From Candidatus Pelearchaeum maunauluense (lineage in GTDB: Archaea > Thermoproteota > Nitrososphaeria_A > Caldarchaeales > Caldarchaeaceae): a stretch of DNA of 64,000 bases. Within the stretch, counting starts at the first letter, position 1, and each line of letters begins with the position of its first letter. The notes beneath the pieces are model-generated. The model had not been told where the DNA came from, made no database searches, and saw only the letters and a program-made list of their open reading frames with translations. The translations under genes were made by a program, and so were the position numbers. Positions 1 through 8,772 of this stretch are shown one piece after another. Location: contig JANVYQ010000003.1 in NCBI GenBank assembly GCA_030059675.1, positions 138,822 through 202,821 on the forward strand. The letters are read 5' to 3'.

Positions 1-1179
1 GGTGACGAAGATTGGGAATAAGCCGAGGTGGCGCATCCGCGTTACGATGTCTTCCCAGTAGGTCTCTCTAAGGTATAGGTGTGCCTCCTCAGCCAGTAGG
101 AAGAGCGGCGTTATAGCTTCCTGGCGTAGCATGTTGGAGAGGCTACTCAGCAGATACTCAACCACAAGCCTTCGTGTCGTCGGGAGCAGGTTAAGGAGAT
201 TCACCACAACTAGATTACCGCCGGGCTTGGGCTGGAGAAGGTCCCGCAGTTCTGTAGGCTCCCTATCATCAACAACAAACCCGCTTGCCTCAATTGAGTT
301 GATGCGCGAAACTAGAGCTTCTCGTACAGACTCATTCATAGATATTCTAGATAGAGTTTGGATTAGTGTGTTAAGGGTAACTTCTCCCTCCCCCCGCTCA
401 ACTATGTGCCACACCCGTGAAAACTCTCTACAACTCGTGGGCGGGGTTTGGTAAACATGCTCCAGCACATCCATGAAGCAGCGCAGCCCCATCATGCTGG
501 GCGAGGTAGTGAAATTAACACCAGGCTCAAGAACTGTCATGCTCCCTGCTAATACGCTAAGCCCTCCATCTTTTCTCCTACCCAAGTGGATATACTCCCC
601 ATTAACATCTAAAACAAGCACGGTAGCTCCATTAGTTACCAGCCCCTCTACCAGCAGCTTAGCCATATGCGATTTACCGCTCTCCTTCTTCCCAGTTATT
701 ATGGTGAGCTGTCCGTCTAGAGATTCTACTGGAATATGGAACGGGTGTCCACCGACTTTTCCGAGCAGGATTAGCCGCTCACCCTCTTGCCGCGAGATTA
801 TATGGAAATACTCCCTGCCTATTCTCTCTATATCAGCCGAGAACCTGTTGGGAAGCCACGCGCTGTTAGTAAGTAGCTTGCCATCCAATACTACGCCCCT
901 TATCTTGGCTGTTACCAGCCTTATCTCACGTATCAAGAGGCTTAGCGAGGTTATGTTATAGGGGTCAAAGAGTTTCTTGCCATTAGCCTCTTCGGCTGAT
1001 ATGTCCCGCATTATGTCTTCGGCGACTCCTGGAACGTCTGCGTAGCAGACGTCTATCACCTGCAAGAGTAGCGCCAGCTCTCCGTCGCGCGCCACTAGGT
1101 AGTCGCCTATGCTGAAGTCTATCTCATCAGGCTTGCAGAGTATCTCCAGCGTATCCTTATGCTTCTGAAGTATTCTCAT
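1..1179 (-). CDS. herA: HerA-family ATPase/helicase (3' end outside window)
   Basis: Manual translation from ATG 1179 (MRILQKHKDTLEIL...): Walker A ITGKKESGKS, VLDVNGEY motif, Walker B LFLLAEEAH, then RMRHLG; lies directly downstream of nurA. Confidence 0.85.
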   Translation of the reverse strand, partial: MRILQKHKDTLEILCKPDEIDFSIGDYLVARDGELALLLQVIDVCYADVPGVAEDIMRDISAEEANGKKLFDPYNITSLSLLIREIRLVTAKIRGVVLDGKLLTNSAWLPNRFSADIERIGREYFHIISRQEGERLILLGKVGGHPFHIPVESLDGQLTIITGKKESGKSHMAKLLVEGLVTNGATVLVLDVNGEYIHLGRRKDGGLSVLAGSMTVLEPGVNFTTSPSMMGLRCFMDVLEHVYQTPPTSCREFSRVWHIVERGEGEVTLNTLIQTLSRISMNESVREALVSRINSIEASGFVVDDREPTELRDLLQPKPGGNLVVVNLLNLLPTTRRLVVEYLLSSLSNMLRQEAITPLFLLAEEAHLYLRETYWEDIVTRMRHLGLFPIFVT

Positions 1180-1188
1180 ATCCCACGC

Positions 1189-2235
1189 TCAGCTCGCATC
1201 AAGCGGTGAGAAGAGAGCCTGCCTCACGTCGGGTATGTTAATTATCCTAGAGCCAGTGAGGTTTTCCAAACCTACTTGCAACCCAAGTATATCGGTCTTG
1301 TTGAAGGTGGCGTATTGGTGGGCTAGGATTAGTGTTTCTGGATAGCCGTAAACTAGGCTATCGCTGGCTAGTAGGTCTTCAACCGCTCTATACGGCTCAT
1401 CACAATCCCGCGCTGCTACATCAACCCTATATGGGAACAAGCATCGGGAGAGATGCGCCACATATATCTCGCCTAGCTGATAATGTCCAGGTCTGAGCCT
1501 AAGAGCGTCCTTGAAGCATACTAGATAGGGCGGCTTACTGCCATTAAGCAGGTTTGTTATCTTAACACCCATGTATCGTAGTTTGCTGGACTTGGCGAAG
1601 GCAACAACTCCTATACCGTTCTGCTGCGCCACCTGTATAACCATTCGTACAGCTCTGAGTGGGCTATCTATGGGCCCAGCGGTCAGTGAGCCGTCTATTA
1701 GTAGGATTCCCCCATCAAGCTGTGAAGCTGCGTAGAGCTGTAGCATCTTCTCAAAGAGGCTGGCCACGACGCTATGCGCCATTTCCAGCCTAGGCGTTGC
1801 ATGGCCTTGTAAGCCGAGGGAGCTTGTGAGTGTCTTCATGATTAGGGGTAGGGTTTGTTTGGAGAGTTGGTAGATGATGGGGCCGAATATCTCAAGCTCC
1901 ACCGTGCTTAGAACACGTTTTACAACCACGCCGCGCAGCGCCCAGATGCTTCCATTCACGCCTTCAGCTAGCTTGACTGTTGAGGTATCAACCGCTATTA
2001 CGCGGCGCGGCTCCTCAGATACCTTGAGAGGTATCGGCTTAAGCCCATCAAGACTTAGGTGAGGCTCCAGCTCCTCTTCTTCGGGCTCAATCAACGTTTC
2101 TGGGGCTATTAACTCGCCCCCACCAAGCCCACCAGCCATAGCTGGGCTGAGCCGCGAAAATGCTTTAAGGAGCTGTTCAAGTTGATTATGATGGTATGGT
2201 TGGTGGGCAAGTTGGGTTTGCATCATCAGCCCCAC
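1189..2235 (-). CDS. nurA: NurA-family nuclease
   Basis: Motifs IAVDTS, LLIDGSL, FAKSS and GYPETLILAH; adjacent to herA. Confidence 0.85.
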   Translation of the reverse strand: MGLMMQTQLAHQPYHHNQLEQLLKAFSRLSPAMAGGLGGGELIAPETLIEPEEEELEPHLSLDGLKPIPLKVSEEPRRVIAVDTSTVKLAEGVNGSIWALRGVVVKRVLSTVELEIFGPIIYQLSKQTLPLIMKTLTSSLGLQGHATPRLEMAHSVVASLFEKMLQLYAASQLDGGILLIDGSLTAGPIDSPLRAVRMVIQVAQQNGIGVVAFAKSSKLRYMGVKITNLLNGSKPPYLVCFKDALRLRPGHYQLGEIYVAHLSRCLFPYRVDVAARDCDEPYRAVEDLLASDSLVYGYPETLILAHQYATFNKTDILGLQVGLENLTGSRIINIPDVRQALFSPLDAS

Positions 2236-2299
2236 TCTCCTGGCTTATTGGTGGTATTGTATTGAATATAAATGTTGTGCATGATGGTCAAGATTTAAC

Positions 2300-2731
2300 A
2301 TGAACAGCACAATAAAAGTAAGAATAACCATAGGAAACACCACCGTAGAGGTGGAAGCACCGCCAGACCAGTTAGAAGAAGCTGTGAGAAATGTGGTCGC
2401 AGCCATCAAGGCTGCTGGAATAGCCGCGCAGAGCGAGCAGCCCCAGCTTATTCCAGAGAGAAAAGAACAACGAGCCGTGACTTGCAGGCGTATTGTTGAA
2501 GAGCTCCTCGGCGAGGGTTGGTTCTCAAAGCCTAGAAGCCTGGGCGAGGTTGCATCGGAGCTGGCGCGCCGCGGTTTTAGCTACGACAGGACAGCTATAG
2601 CGCATGTCTTGCTAGACATGGTTAGAGAGGGGCTTATGAGACGCGAGGGGGAGGCTAGGAGCTATCTCTACATAGAGTCCAGCCGTGAGAAAAACACACA
2701 GCACGACACTCAGGGCACAGCTTTGGAGTGA
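2300..2731 (+). CDS. Winged-helix DNA-binding protein with N-terminal beta-beta-alpha module
   Basis: C-terminal GWFSKPRSLGEVASEL...LLDMVREGLMRREG wHTH pattern. Confidence 0.65.
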   Translation: MNSTIKVRITIGNTTVEVEAPPDQLEEAVRNVVAAIKAAGIAAQSEQPQLIPERKEQRAVTCRRIVEELLGEGWFSKPRSLGEVASELARRGFSYDRTAIAHVLLDMVREGLMRREGEARSYLYIESSREKNTQHDTQGTALE

Positions 2732-3204
2732 AGCTCCACAAGAGATTTCAAGCCTAAAGTCGTTATTGTGTAGTCGCCCCTATCAAGCCTCCTGATAAGC
2801 CCCTTCTGCAAAAGCTCGCTCAGCCTTCCTGAAATCGTCTTCTCAGGCTTCCCTATTGCTGCCTGTATCTCAGAAGCCGACGCCGTGGGGCTGTCTTTCA
2901 GACCAAGCGCGTGCTCAATATAGCGCTTGGCTAGGAAGAGGACGACCGCGTCAGCCGTGGGAAGGGAGCTGAGCGGCTTCAGGAAGAAGACTCCCTCATC
3001 AGGATTGTATGATATTAAGCTGGAGAGACGGTCAAGCAGCTCCTGTAGGTCTGTAGAGTAGGTTATCCGCGATGCTAGGGAGTATGAGGGTATGTTCTTC
3101 TCTAGGAATCTTATCACGCTAGCGTAGACCTCTGCTGGATTACCTTCAAACTCTGCCCGTAGGTCTTTATAGCTTATGCTCACGCGCAACTTATCCTCTG
3201 CCAT
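2710..3204 (-). CDS. Winged-helix DNA-binding protein
   Basis: SASEIQAAIGKPEKTISGRLSELLQKGLIRRLDRGDY wHTH; start taken at ATG 3204. Confidence 0.7.
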   Translation of the reverse strand: MAEDKLRVSISYKDLRAEFEGNPAEVYASVIRFLEKNIPSYSLASRITYSTDLQELLDRLSSLISYNPDEGVFFLKPLSSLPTADAVVLFLAKRYIEHALGLKDSPTASASEIQAAIGKPEKTISGRLSELLQKGLIRRLDRGDYTITTLGLKSLVELHSKAVP

Positions 3205-3205
3205 C

Positions 3206-3667
3206 TCACTTCTCCTCAATTAGCTTCATAAGCGCCGCCGTAAAGACATATCTCCCCTCATCAACTCGGCGGACAAGCCCAGCCTTCCACATCTCGCCCA
3301 GCCTGTTGGCAGCGTTCTTCTCGCTCAGCCGCGTGGCCGAGGCGACCTGCTTGGGGGTCATAGCATCACTCTCAAGCAAGCCTAGCCTATGACCGACAAA
3401 AGCGCCAGCAAGACAGAGCGCTATCTTCCGCTTGGTCTCGGTGTCCTCCAACACAGAAACATTACCACCCTCAACCAACACACGGCCAGCTATCCTCTCA
3501 GCCAAGCTAGTAACGTCATGCGCTCCTGTAAGACGTTGTAAAAGATTGACAGGACCTAGAACCTCTGAGAAGTATCTATTTACGCTTCTCCAGACTGTCT
3601 CATAGTCGCCTGAGAACTCCGCCACCGTGTCGCCGTGCTTAATATGGACTGTGATGTTCTCCACCAT
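3206..3667 (-). CDS. Winged-helix DNA-binding protein, paralogue of the adjacent gene 2710-3204
   Basis: TPKQVASATRLSEKNAANRLGEMWKAGLVRRVDEGRY; alignable along its length with 2710-3204. Confidence 0.7.
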   Translation of the reverse strand: MVENITVHIKHGDTVAEFSGDYETVWRSVNRYFSEVLGPVNLLQRLTGAHDVTSLAERIAGRVLVEGGNVSVLEDTETKRKIALCLAGAFVGHRLGLLESDAMTPKQVASATRLSEKNAANRLGEMWKAGLVRRVDEGRYVFTAALMKLIEEK

Positions 3668-3757
3668 ATTCCAGCATCCCCTGCCTGAATGCTGCTAATC
3701 AAAAGACCTAAAGCCCCGAGTTAAGTTTATAGGCAGCAAAACACATCAACCCCAGCT

Positions 3758-4030
3758 ATGAACCGCGACCAAGCGCTGGGTGTAATAATACTCCTCGCCA
3801 GTATAGCTGGGATACTAATATATGGATGGATAGTCTTCCTCACGGAATTCTGGCAAATCATACTCAAGCTCACAGCATTCGTAGCAGTAGCGGGAATACT
3901 TGGAATACTAGCATGGATAGGCTACACGCTGGCAACAACACCACCACCCAAACCAATAGAAGAGATTGAAAAGGAACTAGAAGAAGAACTAAAGAAAACA
4001 GAGCAACAACAAGAAAAACAAGAACAATAA
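3758..4030 (+). CDS. Conserved archaeal 2-TM membrane protein with charged tail
   Basis: Two hydrophobic helices, WIGYTLATTPPPKPIEEIEKE motif; TATA-like TTTATA about 30 nt upstream. Confidence 0.75.
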   Translation: MNRDQALGVIILLASIAGILIYGWIVFLTEFWQIILKLTAFVAVAGILGILAWIGYTLATTPPPKPIEEIEKELEEELKKTEQQQEKQEQ

Positions 4031-4087
4031 CCACAATAAGGTATTAACTTTACAATCCTATAAATTAGGGCGTTGTGCAAGAAGGAT

Positions 4088-4520
4088 TCATCTAAGCCTG
4101 TGAATCATAATTAAGAAATAAATAATGCCTACTGCAATAATGAAGCCTGAAGCTGGAGTAAAAGCTACATCAATATTAAAAACACCATTCATCGTGAATC
4201 CTACTATTCTCTAGATGTTACCAACTGATATCAGGTATGCGGGCGTTATGCTAAGCCCCCTGTAAGGCATGCGGCGTGATAAGAGTCCTGGCATTAAGAT
4301 TGGGGCGTAAGCCGTTATTATATGCGCTATGAAGCCGACTGCTAATGCGTGTATAAACGCATCTCTAAAAGCTAGGTAGAGTCTTGGCATGAACGGCATC
4401 AGCATGCCAAAGATAAGCGAGGCCATAAGCCAAGCAAAGGCAAGTCTAGAAACAGACGCGAAGTATAGATACCTAGTTCTGTCCCTCTCGTTCATGACTT
4501 GGAATTGACGAGACGACGTA
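4088..4520 (-). pseudogene. C-terminal fragment of a polytopic membrane protein (NnrS-like)
   Basis: DAFIHALAVGF motif; reading frame continues past in-frame TAG 4211-4213 (GNI*RIVGF...IHRLR) to TGA 4088; N-terminus missing. Confidence 0.55.
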
Positions 4521-4690
4521 TCAATCCTCTGATCCTACACCTTTGTTAATCTTTTTGGCTGTTTTATGCGCATCGATAATATTCCAAATCCATACAATAA
4601 GGTACATGGGTATTCCAATAATGCCGAGAATCAAAAGTGCAAAAATAATTGCTAGTGCCAAGAAAAGAACGAGGAGGTTGACTGAATGTT
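4521..4690 (-). pseudogene. Start-less fragment of a small membrane protein (TM2-like C-terminus)
   Basis: Manual translation ...LLVLFLALAIIFALLILGIIGIPMYLIVWIWNIIDAHKTAKKINKG*; upstream in-frame TGA and no plausible start before the hydrophobic segment. Confidence 0.45.
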
Positions 4691-5144
4691 TAGTAAGGCT
4701 GAGAGGGATTATCTTTACTCACTTAAAAGCGGTAAAACACGTAAATGGAGTAAGAAATATGAGGAGATCCTAAGGTACAGAATAAGGAAGAAAGTCAAGA
4801 TGGCACTTAAGGATCTCGAACTAGCTTTGGACATGATAGGACAGGATTCACTACTAAAAGCAGTAGAGCTACTACAGAAAATTGTAGAACTCCATGGGAA
4901 CAGCGAGTTTATAGCGCGGCTTTACGAAAAGAAGGGGCTGCAAATGGGCGCTAGGAGAGGTTTATGCGGGGGGTGGGATTTGAACCCACGAACCCCTTCG
5001 GGACAGGGTCCTAAGCCCTGCGCCGCTGGTCTTCCCAGCTTTTGGCTGGGTTATTTGGCCAGGCTTGGCAACCCCCGCCCCTCTTATCATGCTATACCAT
5101 GGTCTGTTCTTAAAGATTTATGCTTATGTCTGGCATGTATGTAG
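4686..5144 (+). mobile_element. Probable N-terminal fragment (intN) of an SSV-type tRNA-partitioned integrase
   Basis: Basic ORF that runs antisense into the 3' half of tRNA-Leu (GGWDLNPRT is the antisense T-arm); AT-rich gene debris beside it. Confidence 0.5.
4965..5078 (-). tRNA. tRNA-Leu(TAG) with 29-nt D-loop intron (about 5025-5053)
   Basis: GCGGGGG acceptor, CAGGG-CTTAGGA-CCCTG anticodon arm, long variable arm, GGTTCAAATCC; insert after CCAAA. Confidence 0.92.
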
Positions 5145-6082
5145 TGGTTCGCCAGCTCTGCCGCGAGTTTGGTCGTTTGGTCTTGCTGGTCGTTGGGTGG
5201 TGAGACCTCCATTATATCTAGCCAGCGGGCATTCAGCGACGATGCAAAGCTGTAAATCATGTATATCGCCTCCCAGGAGCTCATACCGCCTGGAGATGGG
5301 TGGTCTGTGCCAGGGGCGTAGGCCTGGTCAAGCGCGTCTATGTCAAAAGTAATGTAAATAGACTCAACTCCCTTCATCCATCTTACAATTTCGCGCGTAG
5401 TTTGTTCAAGTCCCTTAGTACGTAAGTCCCATACAGTTATGTAGCGTATCCCCATGTTCTTCACGTGCTCTATGTAATGACGCGAGTATAGAGAGCCGCG
5501 TATCCCAATCTGAACCACATTAACGCCTTTTAACACGTTTTCGTCAAGCAGCCGTCGTAACCAAAAGCCGCTATGCTGTCCCCACCCAGTTCTTGTATCG
5601 TGATGAGCATCAAACTGGATGAGCCCTACATCACCACCGCTGGCTCTTTTAGCGGCTCTTATCAGCTCATAAGTAAGAGAGTGGTCTCCGCCAAAGGTTA
5701 GAACATTCTCAGCGCTTCTGAAGACTTTATCAGCAACCTCGGCTAAACGTCTCATAGTTTCGTGAAAATCAACGATATTCACCTCCACATCACCACAATC
5801 ATAGACACCTTCTATAATCTCGCTATCATGCTCAACCAAGTAATTGGTCTTTGAGTAGAGGTATTCCCTTATTCTTGATGGAGCGTATCTAGACCCCCTG
5901 CGATGCGATACAGTACCCCCATCAAACGGCACGCCGAGAATAGCCAGCCATACCCCACCCTCACCATCCCAACGCCTCACCACATCACCCAACCAACGCA
6001 CATTAGGGTCCGGGAAGAACCTATAGCCACCTAGACGAGGTTCAGAGAGATACCTCCGCGACATGACAAGCAAAACCCCCAA
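5087..6082 (-). CDS. Ureohydrolase (agmatinase/formimidoylglutamase family)
   Basis: GVPFD, GGDHS, DAHHD, DIDALD..APGT and EVSP motifs. Confidence 0.9.
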   Translation of the reverse strand: MGVLLVMSRRYLSEPRLGGYRFFPDPNVRWLGDVVRRWDGEGGVWLAILGVPFDGGTVSHRRGSRYAPSRIREYLYSKTNYLVEHDSEIIEGVYDCGDVEVNIVDFHETMRRLAEVADKVFRSAENVLTFGGDHSLTYELIRAAKRASGGDVGLIQFDAHHDTRTGWGQHSGFWLRRLLDENVLKGVNVVQIGIRGSLYSRHYIEHVKNMGIRYITVWDLRTKGLEQTTREIVRWMKGVESIYITFDIDALDQAYAPGTDHPSPGGMSSWEAIYMIYSFASSLNARWLDIMEVSPPNDQQDQTTKLAAELANHYIHARHKHKSLRTDHGIA

Positions 6083-6165
6083 ACACAGGATTTAAACACC
6101 GCAAGGCCCATACACTAATCAAGTTTATAAACACGCACAAACAAACAGTATAATAAGGAGGGTTC

Positions 6166-6243
6166 AGCGGGGTAGGGTAGCCAGGTTAACCCGCCGGGCT
6201 CATAACCCGGAGATCCCTCGTTCAAATCGAGGCCCCGCTACCA
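6166..6243 (+). tRNA. Initiator tRNA-Met(CAT), CCA encoded
   Basis: A1-U72 pair, anticodon arm CCGGG-CTCATAA-CCCGG with three G-C pairs; TTTATAAA upstream. Confidence 0.95.
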
Positions 6244-6284
6244 CCCTCCATTAATCATTATATTTTCTTGATTAATGCACCATA

Positions 6285-6854
6285 TTGGTTGTTTATGTTT
6301 CTTTATCCATGGCAGTATTAGCGCATGGTCGTGGTTTTCTAATACCGCGGACGTGGGCTGGCCCTGGTGAGGAGACTCTCTATGCCATACACGTAACAGC
6401 CGAGAAGGCTGGAGTAGCCAGCTTCAGACTAATGGTTCCTGAGGGATTTAGAATATCGTTGGATGATGTGATAAGGAAATGGGATTGTGAGTGCTTTACA
6501 GACGAGCAGGGATTTGTTAAAGCATTAAACTATGCTATATCAATACCGAAAAATGAATACGTGGAATTTGACATCTTTACCGCCAAGAATCCAGACAAAC
6601 CAGGTAAGTATAGGTGGATTCTAATAGTAACGTACGCGGATGGAAGTAAAGAAATTTTTGAACAAGACCTATGGATAGCAGGTGCGGGAAATAATCTCCA
6701 AACTCAGCTAAACATTATTATGATTTTACTGATTCTACTTCTTGTTGGTGTGGTAGGAGTTCTTACTTTTATTTTAAGAAGACGTAAAGAAAAAATATAT
6801 GATAAAAACGGCATACATGGCAAATTGTTAAATACCCGCAAGAAAATAACTTAG
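6285..6854 (+). CDS. YcnI/DUF1775-like membrane-anchored copper-binding protein
   Basis: Signal-like AVLA followed by His; TAKNPDKPG...YADGS resembles YcnI VAKNPDK...YKDGS; C-terminal TM plus RRRK. Confidence 0.6.
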   Translation: MVVYVSLSMAVLAHGRGFLIPRTWAGPGEETLYAIHVTAEKAGVASFRLMVPEGFRISLDDVIRKWDCECFTDEQGFVKALNYAISIPKNEYVEFDIFTAKNPDKPGKYRWILIVTYADGSKEIFEQDLWIAGAGNNLQTQLNIIMILLILLLVGVVGVLTFILRRRKEKIYDKNGIHGKLLNTRKKIT

Positions 6855-6863
6855 GCTTAGAAT

Positions 6864-7421
6864 ATGAGCAAGTATGCACGATTATCGGTTGAACTCCAAA
6901 CCATGCTACGGTTGGAGAAACCGCCAATAGCTATATCATTTAGCCCCCAAGCCAAACAAGGTCTAAAGGAGAGTAAAGATACCGTCCCTTCCAGCTGCAC
7001 TTTTTGGGCTAAAGCACTCAGCGAGACATTCTACACAACACGCGGACAACATCTAAACTGTAGTATAGGCTCCGTTACGCATGGTATTAAGAAACCTGAC
7101 GAAGTAATGCCCGAATGTGGATGCGGTGATGTTGAGATGCTCATTAATGCTGGTTGGATTACCCGCGATTCAATTACAAGACTTCCACAAATGCCTATGA
7201 ATGAGGGAACCATATCCTATGGTCCTTCAGCTCACGCTCCCTTTGACCCTGATGTGGTTTTAGTCTTCTGTAACGCGGAGCAGGCTATGTTTATTGTTGA
7301 AGCTGTGGATTCTCATAAGACTATGGGAAAGCCCACATGCGCGGCTATACCAGAATCCTATAACAATAATACACTCGTTGTGAGTCTTGGATGCACGGCG
7401 AGTAGGCTTGGTAGTGGCTGA
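6864..7421 (+). CDS. DUF169-family protein, probably C-terminally truncated
   Basis: PPIAISF, SCTFW, NCSIG, PDVVLVFCNAEQAM, SLGCTASR; ends abruptly, overlapping the next gene. Confidence 0.65.
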   Translation: MSKYARLSVELQTMLRLEKPPIAISFSPQAKQGLKESKDTVPSSCTFWAKALSETFYTTRGQHLNCSIGSVTHGIKKPDEVMPECGCGDVEMLINAGWITRDSITRLPQMPMNEGTISYGPSAHAPFDPDVVLVFCNAEQAMFIVEAVDSHKTMGKPTCAAIPESYNNNTLVVSLGCTASRLGSG

Positions 7422-8724
7422 GGAGTATCAATCCAAAACGATGAACTCTAAACGGTTGTATGAGAGGGCGCGGCGCTATCTCCCAGGAGGAGTTACGTAC
7501 GCTGTTAAGTATTGGGAGCCGTATCCGGTGTATGCTAAGAAGGCTAAGGGGAGTAGGATATGGGATGTTGATGGTAACGAGTATGTTGATTTTTGGATGG
7601 GGCACTTCGCTATAATAATGGGCCATGCCTATGGGCCTGTTTTAGACGCCGCGCGTGAGCAGATAGAGCTTGGCGCGCATCTGGGGTATTGTCACGAGTG
7701 GGAGATTGAGCATGCGCGGATTATTTCTGAGATGTCTCCCTGCGTTGAGCTCTTCAGAGCTACGAATAGTGGGACAGAAGCCAACATGTATGCCGTACGT
7801 TTAGCGCGAGCTTACACCAAGCGTAGCAAGATTGGGAAGTTTGAGGGAAACTGGCATGGCGGGTATGATGCGCTTCATAAGGCTGTCAACCCTCCACTTG
7901 ATAAGCCGCCCTCACTTGGGTTGACCGAAAGTACGCTGAACGACACTATAGCTCTGCCGTATAATGATATTGATGGTGTGAGGAGGATAGCCAAGAAGGA
8001 GTCGTTGGCGTGTATTGTTATTGAGCCTATAATGGGTGCTGGAGGATTCATACCTGCGGAGAGAGAGTTTCTAAGGGGCTTACGCGAGCTGTGTGATGAT
8101 GAGGGAATACTGCTAATCTTTGATGAAGTTATAACAGGCTTTAGACTCGCGCGGGGAGGTGCGCAAGAATACTATGGGGTTATTCCAGACTTGGCGGTTT
8201 TTGGCAAGACGATAGGCGGTGGGGTCTTTCCTGCTGGAGGGTTTGGCGGTAGAGCGGAGATAATGGAGCTGCTAGACCATACTAAGGGAAGAAAACCCTA
8301 TGAGAATGTTTTCCATGGAGGAACATACGCGGGGAATCCCCTCTCAACCAGAGCTGGCTATGTGGTGCTATCGGAGCTCAAGAAGGGTGAGGTTTATCCG
8401 AAGATAGACGGGCTGGGAGAGAAAGCCCGTTCAGGCCTTAGGGAAATCTTCGCGAGATACGGAATAACAGCCCACGTAACTGGGGTTGGCTCAGTCTTTG
8501 GAATACACTTCACACAAGAGAAACCACGCGACATTAGGACAGCTACACAAACTAGGGATGTGGAACGCTGTAAACGCTTCTTCCGACATCTTATATCAAA
8601 CGGAATACTGTTCCTAAAGCCCGACAAGCCTGTCTTCTCCATCTCAGCCGCGCACTCCGACGAAGATATAGAGAAGCTTCTAAGCCTTGTTGAGGATTTC
8701 GCCAGAAGAGAGGCTAAACAATGA
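7414..8724 (+). CDS. hemL: Class III aminotransferase, glutamate-1-semialdehyde aminomutase-like
   Basis: WDVDGNEYVDF, NSGTEA, FEGNWHG, LIFDEVITGFR, FGKTIGGG, HGGTYAGNP; start could be GTG 7414 or ATG 7441. Confidence 0.75.
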   Translation: MAEEYQSKTMNSKRLYERARRYLPGGVTYAVKYWEPYPVYAKKAKGSRIWDVDGNEYVDFWMGHFAIIMGHAYGPVLDAAREQIELGAHLGYCHEWEIEHARIISEMSPCVELFRATNSGTEANMYAVRLARAYTKRSKIGKFEGNWHGGYDALHKAVNPPLDKPPSLGLTESTLNDTIALPYNDIDGVRRIAKKESLACIVIEPIMGAGGFIPAEREFLRGLRELCDDEGILLIFDEVITGFRLARGGAQEYYGVIPDLAVFGKTIGGGVFPAGGFGGRAEIMELLDHTKGRKPYENVFHGGTYAGNPLSTRAGYVVLSELKKGEVYPKIDGLGEKARSGLREIFARYGITAHVTGVGSVFGIHFTQEKPRDIRTATQTRDVERCKRFFRHLISNGILFLKPDKPVFSISAAHSDEDIEKLLSLVEDFARREAKQ

Positions 8725-8772
8725 AAGGTATCATGTATTAATTGATGATGTAAGAGTATCTCTAGTCGGTTC

